A stretch of 64,000 nucleotides of DNA from a bacterium (GTDB lineage: Bacteria; UBA8248), in contig OZ242260.1 in the NCBI GenBank assembly GCA_965207065.1, positions 3,552,001-3,616,000 of the forward strand, given 5' to 3'. Positions within the stretch are counted from its first letter, which is position 1, and every line of letters begins with the position of its first letter. Positions 6,808 through 17,221 of this stretch are shown in pieces. The position numbers were made by a program, and so were the translations under genes. The notes below the pieces were generated by a model. The model made no database searches. It was not told the origin of the DNA and saw only the letters and a list, made by a program, of their open reading frames with translations.

Positions 6808-9696
6808 TTAATCGTCCAGTGCGTCGGCGAGCACCTCGGCGATGTGGAGCGCCTTCTTGCCGACGCCGGTTGAGATTTGCTGACGGCAGGAGACGCCGTT
6901 GGCGATAACCGCCGAATCTTCATCGCCTGCTCTGAGAGCCGGGAAGAGTTTCGTCTCGCCGATGGCGATCGAAATGTCGAAATGTTCTTTCTCGTAGCCG
7001 AACGAACCGGCCATTCCGCAGCAGCCCGAAGGAATCTGCGCCACCTCCAAATCTGGAATCATGCCCAATATCCCCAGGGAGGGGCCTGTGCCCACCAGGG
7101 CTTTCTGATGGCAATGGCCGTGGAAGAGGGCCTTTTGCTGTTTCGGGGTCTTGAATTTGAGATCCAGCTCACCCTTGTCATGCAGGTTCTGCAGAAATTC
7201 CTCGAGCATGTAGGAATTCTCCGCCAGGCGCCCCGCCGCATCACCCGCAACGAGGTCCGGATACTCATCCCGGAACGTGAGGAGACAACTCGGTTCGACG
7301 CCGATGATCGGAAGGCCCGCCTCTATCGCGGGAGCCAGCCTCGCAATGTTCTCCTCCGCCAGCTTCTGTCCCTCGCGCAAGAGTCCGTGCGATATCATGG
7401 GCCGCCCGCAGCAGCCCGTCTCCGCCAGCCCGACCTCGAAGCCGGCCGCTTCCAGCACCTTGACCGCGGCCTTACCGATCTCGGGGTAGTTGAAGTTCGT
7501 AAACGTATCGTTCAGGAACAACACTTTCCCCCGCGCGCCGACCCCGTTTCGAGCTGAAGGTCGGCTCTTGAACCATTCCTCGAATGTGGGCGTCACGAGG
7601 GGGGGGAGCCTTCTCCGCTTGTCGATGCCGAAGAACCTGTCCAGAAGCGTTCGCACGAAGCTGTTCCCGAGCGTCCAGTTCACGATGGGCGCGAGGGGGG
7701 CGCTCAGGCGATTGATTTGCGCGATGCGTCCCATCATTCGCACACGCAAGGGCACGCCGTTCTTGTCATAATAGGCCTGCAATACTTCGGCCTTGATTTT
7801 GGCCATATCCACGCTCGAAGGACACTCCGCCTTGCAGCCCTTACAGGAGATGCATAGGTCCATCACCTCATAAAGGCGTTCGCTGCCCAGATCCTCTCCG
7901 GGGATTCCGTTCGCGATGACTTCCCTGAGCGCGTTCGCTCGCCCGCGCGTGGAGTGTTCTTCTTCCATCGTCGCCTGGTAGGAGGGGCACATCGTCCCGT
8001 CTCGCTTGCGGCACGCGCCCACGCCGTTGCAAAGCTCGACCGCGCGCGCGAAGCCGCCGTCGCTCGAGAAATCCATGATCGTCGGTATCTCGGGCGTCTT
8101 GTAAGAGCCGTCGAAGCGCAGGTTCTCGGTGAAGGGGAGGGCGTGCACGATTTTTCCGGGGTTCATCCGGTTCTCGGGGTCAAAGAGCCGCTTCACCTCG
8201 ACGAACGCCCCGTAGAGTTTCTCGCCAAAAAACTTGGGCACCCACTGGCTTCTCGCCAGGCCGTCGCCGTGCTCTCCGCTCATCGCGCCGCCATATTCGA
8301 GCACGAGGTCCGAGACCTCCTCGGCGATGGCGGCCATTTTCTCGATTTCCTCATCTTCTTTGAGATTGATGAGCGGGCGCAGGTGCAGAAGACCCACGCT
8401 CGTGTGGCCGTAGTAGGAGGTTTCTGTGTCGTACTTCTTCATGATGGCTTCGAAATGCCGGTAATAATCCAGTAGATGCTCGGGGGAGACAGCGCAATCC
8501 TCCACGAATGCGCAGGGCTTCCAGTCCCCCCGGCGTCCCAGCAGAAATCCCAGACCCGCTTTTCGCATGTTCAGGCAGTCCTGCTTGTGGGCGGGGTCGT
8601 CCAGCGGAACGCGCGCGTAGCCGATGTTCTTTGTTTCCAGCTCATCGTGGAGGCGCCTGACTTTCTCTTTGGCCTCATCGTCGTCTTCGGCGAAAAACTC
8701 AATCGTCAGGAAAGAATCCGGATCGCCCACCACGAAGCTGCTCATGAGGCGCTGGGCTTCGAGGTTCTGCTTGGCGAGCTCGATGATCACCCGGTCGATG
8801 ATCTCTATCGCCGCCACGTCGTGGGCCAGGATCGTCGTGCTCGCGGCGAGAGCCTCCTCGATGCTGTGAAAATGAACCACGAGAACGCCGAGCGCTTTTG
8901 GCTTGGGGCACACGCGCACCTTGGCTTCCGTCACCACGGCCAGCGTGCCCTCGGCGCCCACCATGAGCTTGGCGAGGTTGAACGGCTGCGTATCTTTGGC
9001 GAGTTCATCGAGATTGTACCCGCTCACGCGGCGCATGATATTTGGGTAGCGGTCTGCAATCTCCACCCGCTGCTCGTCCACGATGTCCTTCAGCGCCTTA
9101 TGGAGCCTGCCTGTGCGCGAATCCTCTCGCATGATGTCTTCCAGAGACGCCGCGTCCAGGGGCCCGAAAGAGAAGGGCTCCCCATCTGCGAAATATCCCG
9201 AAACTTCGATGACGTGATCCACCGTCTTCCCGTAGACGATGGATCGCGAACCCGAAGAATTGTTCCCCAGCATGCCGCCGATGGTGGCGCGGCTGCTCGT
9301 GGAGGTATTGGGGCCGAAGACGAATCCGTGCGGGCTCAGGTAATCGTTGAAATGGTCCTGCACAAGGCCCGGCTGTACGCGCGCCCATTCCTCATCCGCG
9401 TTCAGTTCGATCACCTGGTTCATGAACTTGGAAAAATCGAGCACCAGCGCGTCACCCACCGTCTGGCCGGCGAGGCTGGTGCCGCCGCCCCGGGGCAGGA
9501 TGGCGGCGTTGTGCCTATTGGCGATTTGAAGTGTTTTTTGCACGTCGGCGTTCGTTTTCGGCAACACGACGCCCACGGGTTCTATTTCGTACATGCTTGC
9601 GTCGGTGCTGTATATTTTTCTCGTAAAGACGTCGAAACGCACCTCACCATCGATGGCTTCGCGTAATTCATCTTCAAGTGTTGCAGTAACTTCCAT
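6808..9696 (-). CDS. FAD-linked oxidase / 4Fe-4S / CCG-domain oxidoreductase (GlcD-GlcF fusion, YdiJ-like)
   Basis: PRGGGTSLAGQ, TIGGMLGNN, SGEHGDG, CNGVGAC, CISCKGCKAECP, CCG motifs, HGHCHQ. Confidence 0.9.
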   Translation of the reverse strand: MEVTATLEDELREAIDGEVRFDVFTRKIYSTDASMYEIEPVGVVLPKTNADVQKTLQIANRHNAAILPRGGGTSLAGQTVGDALVLDFSKFMNQVIELNADEEWARVQPGLVQDHFNDYLSPHGFVFGPNTSTSSRATIGGMLGNNSSGSRSIVYGKTVDHVIEVSGYFADGEPFSFGPLDAASLEDIMREDSRTGRLHKALKDIVDEQRVEIADRYPNIMRRVSGYNLDELAKDTQPFNLAKLMVGAEGTLAVVTEAKVRVCPKPKALGVLVVHFHSIEEALAASTTILAHDVAAIEIIDRVIIELAKQNLEAQRLMSSFVVGDPDSFLTIEFFAEDDDEAKEKVRRLHDELETKNIGYARVPLDDPAHKQDCLNMRKAGLGFLLGRRGDWKPCAFVEDCAVSPEHLLDYYRHFEAIMKKYDTETSYYGHTSVGLLHLRPLINLKEDEEIEKMAAIAEEVSDLVLEYGGAMSGEHGDGLARSQWVPKFFGEKLYGAFVEVKRLFDPENRMNPGKIVHALPFTENLRFDGSYKTPEIPTIMDFSSDGGFARAVELCNGVGACRKRDGTMCPSYQATMEEEHSTRGRANALREVIANGIPGEDLGSERLYEVMDLCISCKGCKAECPSSVDMAKIKAEVLQAYYDKNGVPLRVRMMGRIAQINRLSAPLAPIVNWTLGNSFVRTLLDRFFGIDKRRRLPPLVTPTFEEWFKSRPSARNGVGARGKVLFLNDTFTNFNYPEIGKAAVKVLEAAGFEVGLAETGCCGRPMISHGLLREGQKLAEENIARLAPAIEAGLPIIGVEPSCLLTFRDEYPDLVAGDAAGRLAENSYMLEEFLQNLHDKGELDLKFKTPKQQKALFHGHCHQKALVGTGPSLGILGMIPDLEVAQIPSGCCGMAGSFGYEKEHFDISIAIGETKLFPALRAGDEDSAVIANGVSCRQQISTGVGKKALHIAEVLADALDD

Positions 9697-9839
9697 TCAG
9701 TACCTCATTGATTATAAACAAGAAATATATCTGTAATTCATATAATACTTTAGGTCCGACGAACGTCTTCATGATATGCCAGACCTGTTATAGAGACAAG
9801 GGAAGTATCGCTCCATTGCGCCTGCGTCGCCACACTCGT

Positions 9840-9868
9840 TTGCCAAAGGCGAGGTCGCGCGTTAAGTT
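9840..9868 (+). promoter_or_regulatory. Putative sigma70 promoter for bioB
   Basis: TTGCCA-17 nt-TAAGTT ending ~30 nt upstream of the bioB start. Confidence 0.35.
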
Positions 9869-9900
9869 TTGGGCAGAAGCCCAATAGAAGGAATGAAGCC

Positions 9901-10896
9901 TTGAATTACCAAGAAATGGCGCGGCGCGCCCTGAAAGATGAAAAACCCGGACGTGACGAGGCGCTCTCCGTCATCAATGCGCCCGATGATGAAATTCTTC
10001 AGCTTCTGGACGCCGCTTTTTCAGTCCGTCGCCACTATTTCGGAAAGAAAGTGCAGATTCACTACCTCATCAACGCAAAGAGCGGCATCTGTCCTGAGGA
10101 TTGTGGGTATTGCTCGCAATCCGCCGTCTCAAGCGCTCAAGTCGACAGATACGATCTGGTGGATGAGGAGCAACTCTTCGAGGGTGCAGCAAAGGCCGAA
10201 GCGGCCGGTTCGAGGCGCTATTGCATCGTCATCAGCGCGCGGGGGCCGTCGGACGCGGAAATCGATAAGCTTTGCCGCGCCGTCTCCGAGATCAAATCGC
10301 GCCATGGCCTCTCCATTTGCTGTTCTCTCGGCTTACTGGAAGCCTCCCAGGCCGCCAGGCTGGGCGAGGCGGGCGTCGACCGCTTCAACCACAACCTCAA
10401 TACGAGCGCGCGCTATTATCCCCAAATTTGCTCCACCCACACCTATGACGACCGCATGGACACACTGGGCGCTGCGCGCGGGGCTGGAATGGAACTCTGC
10501 TCGGGCGTCATTTTCGGGCAAGGGGAGAGCGCAGACGACGTCATCGACGTTTGTGAGGCGCTGAACGCGCTCGCGCCTGAATCCATACCGGTCAACTTTC
10601 TCAATCCAATCGGCGGCACGCCACTCGAGGGAAGGCCGCTACTCGGTCCGCTGGCCTGTCTTAAGCTGTTGTGCCTGATGCGCTTTTACAATCCTCGTTC
10701 GGAAATTCGCGTCGCCGGTGGAAGGGAAGTCCAACTGCGGGAATTACAGCCTCTGGCGCTCTATCCGGCCAACTCGATATTCGTGGACGGCTACCTCACG
10801 ACACCCGGCCAGGAATCGGCCATGGCGCACCGCATGATTCGAGACGCGGGCTTCGAGCTCGACGTCGAAGGCCATACCGACCCGGTTTTTGCGTGA
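9901..10896 (+). CDS. bioB: Biotin synthase
   Basis: KSGICPEDCGYCSQS radical-SAM motif, FNHNLNT, CSGVIFG, SIPVNFL, RVAGGRE, ANSIF..YLTT. Confidence 0.97.
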   Translation: MNYQEMARRALKDEKPGRDEALSVINAPDDEILQLLDAAFSVRRHYFGKKVQIHYLINAKSGICPEDCGYCSQSAVSSAQVDRYDLVDEEQLFEGAAKAEAAGSRRYCIVISARGPSDAEIDKLCRAVSEIKSRHGLSICCSLGLLEASQAARLGEAGVDRFNHNLNTSARYYPQICSTHTYDDRMDTLGAARGAGMELCSGVIFGQGESADDVIDVCEALNALAPESIPVNFLNPIGGTPLEGRPLLGPLACLKLLCLMRFYNPRSEIRVAGGREVQLRELQPLALYPANSIFVDGYLTTPGQESAMAHRMIRDAGFELDVEGHTDPVFA

Positions 10897-10977
10897 CATA
10901 TAGTGATCAGGTAATATATTTATATTCAATATATTACACTTCATAATTGGATATATTACATTAACTAATGACCCGAG

Positions 10978-12202
10978 CTAATCCCTGAACTCATCTCGCA
11001 CTTCCGGCCCCGCCATGGCCACCCCGATAGGCTTGAGCACATGTAATATCCGTAGTGCGTCATCATGGAGCATTAACACCTCTTTGAGCCGCTTGTAAGC
11101 CTGCGGCGCTTCATCCGTATCCGCTCCACGAAGCACGACGCCAATATCCGTGACCCACTCATTCATCTGCTCGCGTGTGATAGCGCCTCCCTTGCGTATC
11201 ATGCGGCCCTTGCGCCATCTTTTTCTGCCTGCCGCCTTGGTTCTGCTCATCACCCGGCCGGCGCCATTGAACCGTGGAGAAGAGGAGAGATTTCGATCCT
11301 GGAGTATCCACACCCTCTGCTATGACGGAAATATCTCCCATGCTGCCGCCGATAAAACATTTCTGGCCGGGCCAGGCAGGTGTAGCGCCTTTGCGAACCA
11401 CGACACAGCGCATACCGTCGTGCTCTTCCTCCCAGGCGAAATTGTGGTGGTTATGCACTTCCCACTCAGACGCGGCGCCCAGGATATCGAGCACACGGCC
11501 CCCGACATAATCCCTTCCTGCATAGGCATAGCGTCCTGCTAGATTCATGGCGGCGAAATAGTCGTTCCCCAGGGGAGAGGAGAGAGAGAACACGGTGGCC
11601 CGGGCGTGCATCTCCTCACGGGCGGGGCTGTCATGAAAACGCCTGTTTTTGGCCAGATTCAAAAAGCCGGTGCATGTTTTGTGGCCAAAACCCCTGGAGC
11701 CGAAATGAATTCCGACCCAAAGCGCGTCGTCCACCTCGTCAACGAATAAATCGACATAGTGATTACCCGCGCCAATCGTCCCCAACTGCGAACGGGCCAG
11801 CGGCTTCAAATCCTCAAATTCGGGCATGATCTTCCATGTCGGGTCATCAAATAGCACATCGTCGATGGGTTCAGGATTTTTCCGGCCCATGCCGAATTCG
11901 AGGTTCTGAAATATTTCGTTCATGATCGCGGAGATTTCGGGACGCACGTCCGAGGCCCTCAGATTCGTTTTGATGGCTTTGTTTCCGCAAGCTATGTCAT
12001 AGCCTACGCCGCTGGGCGATACTGCGTTCTCATAGGCGATGATACCGCCGATGGGCATGGAATAGCCCAGGTGATGATCGGCGCACAGAGCGCCTGCTCG
12101 CGCTTCATCGTCGGCGAGACAGCACTCTATCTGGCGAAGAGCGCCTTCATCGACGGGATGCCCACGAATGGCAAGGGGTTTTCCTTGGAGGTGAGTCGTC
12201 AT
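10978..12202 (-). pseudogene. rtcB: RtcB-family RNA ligase interrupted by a +1 frameshift
   Basis: ORF 11159-12202 carries DHHLG, GYDIACG, GNHY, HFGSRG, HHNF, RKGAT. ORF 10978-11313 carries GAGRVMSR and DEAPQAYK. Removing one A at ~11267 restores STVHGAGR and a 407-aa protein. Confidence 0.85.
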
Positions 12203-12319
12203 GACTCATTCTATCATGCAGGGGAGTTCAAGAATAAGGGGCGCAAACGTCTCGGAATGTTATTTTACATAACATATCTTATCGTCATTATCTTGTGCGG
12301 CGAATTGCCGGGATTCCTG

Positions 12320-12991
12320 TTATTTGGCGGCTTTTTCGCTACCCAGCTTCGCTCGGATTTGCTCGGTTAAAAATGGGCTCTCAGGGTGTTTTTTACTTAA
12401 TTCCTCATAAGTCTTTCGCGCATCCTCCGCCCGGCCGAGTTTCTCCTGACAATCAGCTGTGGCGATATACAGATCTTCAGACGTGAGAAGGCTGCCTTTA
12501 TTGAGAATCGACTCCCATATCGGGATGGCTTCCGCGCAGGCTCCTTCCAGCATCAAGACGGATGCGATACCGCGCTTCGCCAATTCCTGGTCGGTCTCTG
12601 AAGAAATGCTGCTCTTCGCCACAAGCTCATATTGCGCCCGCGCTCCTTGGTATTCTTTTCTGTCGCGCAGCAAGGCTGCGAGATGTAGACGCGCCAGAAG
12701 ACCCGGACGAGAGCGTGGATATTCGTCGGCCACCTTTTGGTACGCGGCTTCCGCTGCTTCTCCCTGGCCGTCAGGGGAAGCGATTCTGGCCAATCCATAA
12801 GCCAAAGACGCTTTTTCGCGCGCGCGCTCATTCCACATGCGGTAGCCCACAAAAACAGCTGCCACTAAAATAACAACGCCCAGGCCCACATAAAGAATCT
12901 TTTGGTTCTCGATGAACCAGAGAACCACCTTTCTTCCATGTGTCTGCAGCGCATCCGGTTGACGAATATCTTTTCTGAATGTCCTGGCCAT
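12320..12991 (-). CDS. Membrane-anchored TPR protein (YfgM-like)
   Basis: Single N-terminal TM helix followed by helical TPR-like repeats (YQKVADEYP, YEELSKKHPES). Confidence 0.7.
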   Translation of the reverse strand: MARTFRKDIRQPDALQTHGRKVVLWFIENQKILYVGLGVVILVAAVFVGYRMWNERAREKASLAYGLARIASPDGQGEAAEAAYQKVADEYPRSRPGLLARLHLAALLRDRKEYQGARAQYELVAKSSISSETDQELAKRGIASVLMLEGACAEAIPIWESILNKGSLLTSEDLYIATADCQEKLGRAEDARKTYEELSKKHPESPFLTEQIRAKLGSEKAAK

Positions 12992-13213
12992 CTTGATATG
13001 ATCCTTAAGTAAAAAAAGCTGCGTATCCGCGTCAAAGGCTTCAAAGGAAGCGTATCAACTATTATCGCGTAAATTATTCTGAATCAAGACCTCTCGTACG
13101 GTTTGCGTCGTTGGGAATAAGCGGGCGTAGTACGAAAAATGGAATGGAGCAACCCGTCAACCGCTCCCCTAAACGCGAATTTGTGGAGTTGGGGAAACAA
13201 ATCCAGACGAGTT

Positions 13214-13636
13214 TCAACGGTCCTTATCAAGAATTTCCAGTATTTCCCTGAGTTCTTTTCGAACCCACGTCATATCGATGTTTTCCAGACTTGAGTTCTC
13301 AAACGGCAACAGAGGAGCGACTTCCGGCTTGGCATCGGCAATCTTTTTCTCCTTGTTCGCTTCTGCTCTCGCCGCTCTTTGCTTTTGAAGTTGCTTCTTG
13401 GCTCCAGCTATTGTGAAGTTCTCTTCGTACAACAATTGCTTGATCGAAAAAACGAGCTCCACATCTTTGCGGCGGTATATTCTTTGTCCAGAGTCTCCTT
13501 TCGCCGGACGAAGCATACGGAACTCACTCTCCCAGTAGCGCAACACATGGGGCTTCGTACCGGTCAATTCCGCCACTTCACCAATCTTGAAAAATAACTT
13601 GTCGGGTATTTTCGGATTTTGGGCAGTCTGGGCCAT
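13214..13636 (-). CDS. MerR-family transcriptional regulator
   Basis: [30 protein letters not shown]...GQRIY...[14 protein letters not shown]. Confidence 0.92.
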   Translation of the reverse strand: MAQTAQNPKIPDKLFFKIGEVAELTGTKPHVLRYWESEFRMLRPAKGDSGQRIYRRKDVELVFSIKQLLYEENFTIAGAKKQLQKQRAARAEANKEKKIADAKPEVAPLLPFENSSLENIDMTWVRKELREILEILDKDR

Positions 13637-13646
13637 GTTCGACTCC

Positions 13647-14891
13647 CTATTTCCTCAACCTTCGGCGCACTACGATGGCATCTGAAAACCCGGCCGACCG
13701 GATTTTTTTCCTGAACGCCAAGGCCTGACTAAGGTTCGCGAACTTTCCGGTGCGAATTGTATAGAGCCGCCCTGTCCCACCACTTCGAACCCGGGAGGCA
13801 AGCCGACCACGAAAACCGGAATCCTCGACGCGATCCAGTAGAAGAGCAGCATCTTCTAAGTTTCTAAAACTTCCTGCAGCTACATTCCATTGATTATTCG
13901 AACGGTACACCTTGACCCCGATCTTTTTCTCCCTCGCTCTGCTTGCGAGAGCCCGGGCTTTACCAAGACTCGTAAACGAGCCGAGGCGCACCTCTGTAAT
14001 TTGAACACCGCGTCTCCTCGAACGGCTTGTGCTTGCAGCTCTGAATGCGGAAAACCCCTTGCTCTTCAAACGTTTCAAAAAAGAGGTTGCACAACGTTCG
14101 GTTCTGCAAGAAGCCACCTGAACGCTATAGTAAAAACCCCGAATCGCCTTTCGGGCGCTTGGTGCGTCTCTTCGAACTTTTGCTGCCGGCTTTTTCTTGG
14201 CAAGCTGGTTTCTGGGCGCCGCCTTCTCTTGCGGGGCTTTCTTCCCGGGCGTTTGCGCCGCCGGCATCGTTTCACGCCGTGGCTTCTTCATCTTTGGCGG
14301 AGTGACGGTCTTTTCCACCATGGCGGCAGCGGCTGTCGGTATCTTTTCAACTCGGGTTGGAGGCCTCGGTTTTTCCATCGTCGCCACAGCGGCGGTAGAC
14401 GCATTCCCTGGCTGTGCCGGAGACTTGGGTTGTCGACTCATCATCGGTGCTGCGGAGGTTCGCGGCGCATTCGCCTGCCGCGAAGGTTTGGGTCGTCCGG
14501 ATTGCATATTTCTACCCGGCGTGTCCCGGGATTTTTTTTCAACTTGTGAGCCTGCGGGCTGTGGAATCCGTCCAGGGGTGCCGGGAGCCTTTTGCGCGCG
14601 TTTCATTGCGCTTTTCATTTTCGCCAGTCGCATTTTCCTTTGCTGTTCTTGCTTCATGCGCTCTTTTTTGAGTTGCGCCGCCTTTTTCGTTTTGGGTAGC
14701 CACCAGAATTGATATCCCGCCCAAGCCACTCCACCCAGCATGACACATACGAACAGGATGACCATCAAGACATCGACGAAGCCGCCACTGCGGCGCTCAT
14801 AACTTCCCCCGTCGTCTCCAGAATCTCTCTCTGGCTCGTCTTCCCTATCCTCATCATCGCCTTCGAGAAGATTCACACCTTTTCTTGCCAT
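13647..14891 (-). CDS. SPOR-domain membrane protein (FtsN/DedD-like architecture)
   Basis: Acidic N-terminus, one TM helix, long Pro/Ala/Lys linker, C-terminal SPOR-like repeats (YSVQVAS...[20 protein letters not shown]). Confidence 0.75.
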   Translation of the reverse strand: MARKGVNLLEGDDEDREDEPERDSGDDGGSYERRSGGFVDVLMVILFVCVMLGGVAWAGYQFWWLPKTKKAAQLKKERMKQEQQRKMRLAKMKSAMKRAQKAPGTPGRIPQPAGSQVEKKSRDTPGRNMQSGRPKPSRQANAPRTSAAPMMSRQPKSPAQPGNASTAAVATMEKPRPPTRVEKIPTAAAAMVEKTVTPPKMKKPRRETMPAAQTPGKKAPQEKAAPRNQLAKKKPAAKVRRDAPSARKAIRGFYYSVQVASCRTERCATSFLKRLKSKGFSAFRAASTSRSRRRGVQITEVRLGSFTSLGKARALASRAREKKIGVKVYRSNNQWNVAAGSFRNLEDAALLLDRVEDSGFRGRLASRVRSGGTGRLYTIRTGKFANLSQALAFRKKIRSAGFSDAIVVRRRLRK

Positions 14892-14916
14892 TACAGGAAC
14901 CCTCTATATGCGAAAA

Positions 14917-17004
14917 TTATTCGCTCTCGCGGGCGACAGCCGCTTCAGAAATGATCTTTTCAGTAATCTGTCCCGGCACTTCCTCGTAATGAGAAAACTC
15001 CATGGAGAAATCTCCCCGATCCGCGGTCAGCGATCGCAGCGCCGGCGCATAGTTCAACACTTCCGCCATGGGAACCTGAGACTTGATGACCTGCTTGTCG
15101 CCGACACTGGGATCCATGCCAAGAACCCTGCCCCTGCGTGAATTCATGTCTCCGATGATGTCGCCCATGTACTCTTCTGGAACGATGATTTGCATATTCA
15201 TAATCGGCTCGAGAAGAGTAGGCCTGCACTCTTGAACACCTTTTTTGAAACCGAGAGAGCCGGCAATTTTGAACGCCATTTCAGAGCTGTCGACATTGTG
15301 AAAACTACCGTCATAAAGCGTGATTTTCAGATCTGTCACGGGGTAGCCCGCCAGGGTTCCAGAGTCCATTGCCTCCACAATCCCCTTCTCCACGGCCGGA
15401 ATGAATGTTTTAGGAATCGCTCCACCCACGATCTTGTCCACGAACTCGAACCCGCCTCCGCGCTGAAGCGGCTCAATCTCAAGCCAGGTGTCGCCAAACT
15501 GCCCTCGCCCACCAGTTTGTTTCTTGTAGCGGCCCTGCACCTTGATTCTGCCCTTAATCGTTTCCTTGTAGGGAACGCGGGGGGTCTTCATCTCTACTTC
15601 CACGCCATACTTGCGCTTGATACGCTCGACTATCACCTCGATATGCAAAACGCCCAGACCCGAAAGAAGCATCTCTTTTGTCTGAGGGTCACGGCTAACC
15701 GTGAGCGCAGGGTCCTCATCGCGCAAACGCGCGAGTGCCGTGCTGAGCTTCTCCTCATCACCCTTGCTCTTGGGCGCCAATGCGTAGGAGATGACGGGTG
15801 ACGGGAATTTGATCGGCTCGAACTCAACGGCGCCGGCCTCGTCGCAAAGCGTATCCCCCGTTCTCGTGGTTTTGAGCTTGGCGAGCGCAGCGATATCTCC
15901 CGGCACAAGTTTATCGGAAACGGGAGACTGCCCTTTCCCCTGGATGAAGAGCAAAGAACCGATTCTCTCCTTCTCCGATTGCGTGGTGTTGAGGACGCCG
16001 GTATCGGAAGACACTTCGCCTGAAATCACCCGGAAATAATTCAACTTGCCGGCGAAGGCGTCCACAACCGTCTTGAATACCAGGGCACGGAAAGGCTCGC
16101 CTGAATCCGCTTTGATGCTCACTTCTTCGCCGTTCGTGTTTTTCGCCTTGAATTCATGCGCTGAAGGCGAGGCGCCGAACTGCTCAATCGCTTGGAGAAA
16201 AAGATCCGTCCCTACGTTTTTCACACCACACCCGCATAAAACCGGCATGAAAGAACCTTCCTGAATCCCCTGACGTAATCCCTGGATAATCTCATCCGGC
16301 GAGAGTTCTTCTCCCTCCAGATACTTTTCGAGCGCTTCCTCGTTCGCCTCCGCCGCAAACTCGATAAGCTGCCCGCGGTACTCTTCATAGGCATCGGCAA
16401 GCTCCGCCGGAACGTCACTCTCCGCGCCTTTCCCATTCCCCTCCACCTCGTAGGTGTAAGCTTTCCCCGATATGAGATCGACGACACCATTGAAACCGGT
16501 TCCTGGATTCACGGGCAATTGCAACACCACGAGACGTTTGTCGATCGTCTTCTCCGCATATTCCATCGCGCGGCTTAAATCGGCTTGTTCATGATCCATC
16601 TGGTTCAGATATATGAATGTGCATAAACCCTCTTCTTCGGCCCAGCCCAGCACTTTTTCGGTAATCACCTTCGGCTCTGAATGCGCATTCAGGACGACGA
16701 CGGCGTTGTCACATGCATGAATGGCCGCAACGGTATCTGATATGAAATTCGAATACCCCGGCGTATCGAGAAGATTGAGCCGATGCCTGTTCCAGTTTGC
16801 GTAGGCCACTGCTCCCAGGATGGAAGAGTTTCGCTTCACTTCTTCGGGTTCGGAGTCGAGTATCGTGCTGCCGGCATCGACCTTTCCTTGCCTGTCGGTG
16901 CTACCCGAGGTGAAGAGGCAGGCTTCGATGAGGGAAGTTTTTCCGTTTCCTCCCTCTCCCACAAAAGCAACGTTTCGTATTTTTTCAGTTTCGTGCGCCG
17001 CCAT
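14917..17004 (-). CDS. fusA: Elongation factor G paralog (EF-G2-like)
   Basis: IRNVA, DTPG, YKKQTGGRGQFG, DGSFHNVDSSEMAF, LLEPIM. G1/G2/G4 motifs are divergent and the gene lies outside the str operon. Confidence 0.92.
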   Translation of the reverse strand: MAAHETEKIRNVAFVGEGGNGKTSLIEACLFTSGSTDRQGKVDAGSTILDSEPEEVKRNSSILGAVAYANWNRHRLNLLDTPGYSNFISDTVAAIHACDNAVVVLNAHSEPKVITEKVLGWAEEEGLCTFIYLNQMDHEQADLSRAMEYAEKTIDKRLVVLQLPVNPGTGFNGVVDLISGKAYTYEVEGNGKGAESDVPAELADAYEEYRGQLIEFAAEANEEALEKYLEGEELSPDEIIQGLRQGIQEGSFMPVLCGCGVKNVGTDLFLQAIEQFGASPSAHEFKAKNTNGEEVSIKADSGEPFRALVFKTVVDAFAGKLNYFRVISGEVSSDTGVLNTTQSEKERIGSLLFIQGKGQSPVSDKLVPGDIAALAKLKTTRTGDTLCDEAGAVEFEPIKFPSPVISYALAPKSKGDEEKLSTALARLRDEDPALTVSRDPQTKEMLLSGLGVLHIEVIVERIKRKYGVEVEMKTPRVPYKETIKGRIKVQGRYKKQTGGRGQFGDTWLEIEPLQRGGGFEFVDKIVGGAIPKTFIPAVEKGIVEAMDSGTLAGYPVTDLKITLYDGSFHNVDSSEMAFKIAGSLGFKKGVQECRPTLLEPIMNMQIIVPEEYMGDIIGDMNSRRGRVLGMDPSVGDKQVIKSQVPMAEVLNYAPALRSLTADRGDFSMEFSHYEEVPGQITEKIISEAAVARESE

Positions 17005-17103
17005 CTACCTCAACTCCTCTGTTATCAGCCCTTTGGCGACGTGACGTTTGGAACGGGCCTCGCGCCAGACTCGGTGATAAGTTCGAAAACAAGCATACCA
17101 CAA

Positions 17104-17132
17104 ATCCTGCCATTCAGAGTTCGCTTTGTCAA
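17104..17132 (-). promoter_or_regulatory. Putative sigma70 promoter for the EF-G paralog
   Basis: Minus strand TTGACA-17 nt-CAGGAT with extended TG. Confidence 0.45.
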
Positions 17133-17221
17133 TCAGATTGAAATACTTGCGGGGTATCATTAAAGCTGGGCATGAACTATGAAGATGTGCTTTCACCCCA
17201 AACTCTCGAAAATCCTTGAAG

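Noticed and set aside
8476-9666. Long antisense ORFs (e.g. 8476-9666, 20344-21183, 32253-33134, 37663-38448, 61041-61817)
   Set aside because: Shadows of well-supported genes on the opposite strand; no recognisable motifs.
12992-13213. tRNA-Pro or ncRNA after the MerR gene
   Set aside because: No cloverleaf or T-loop consensus found.
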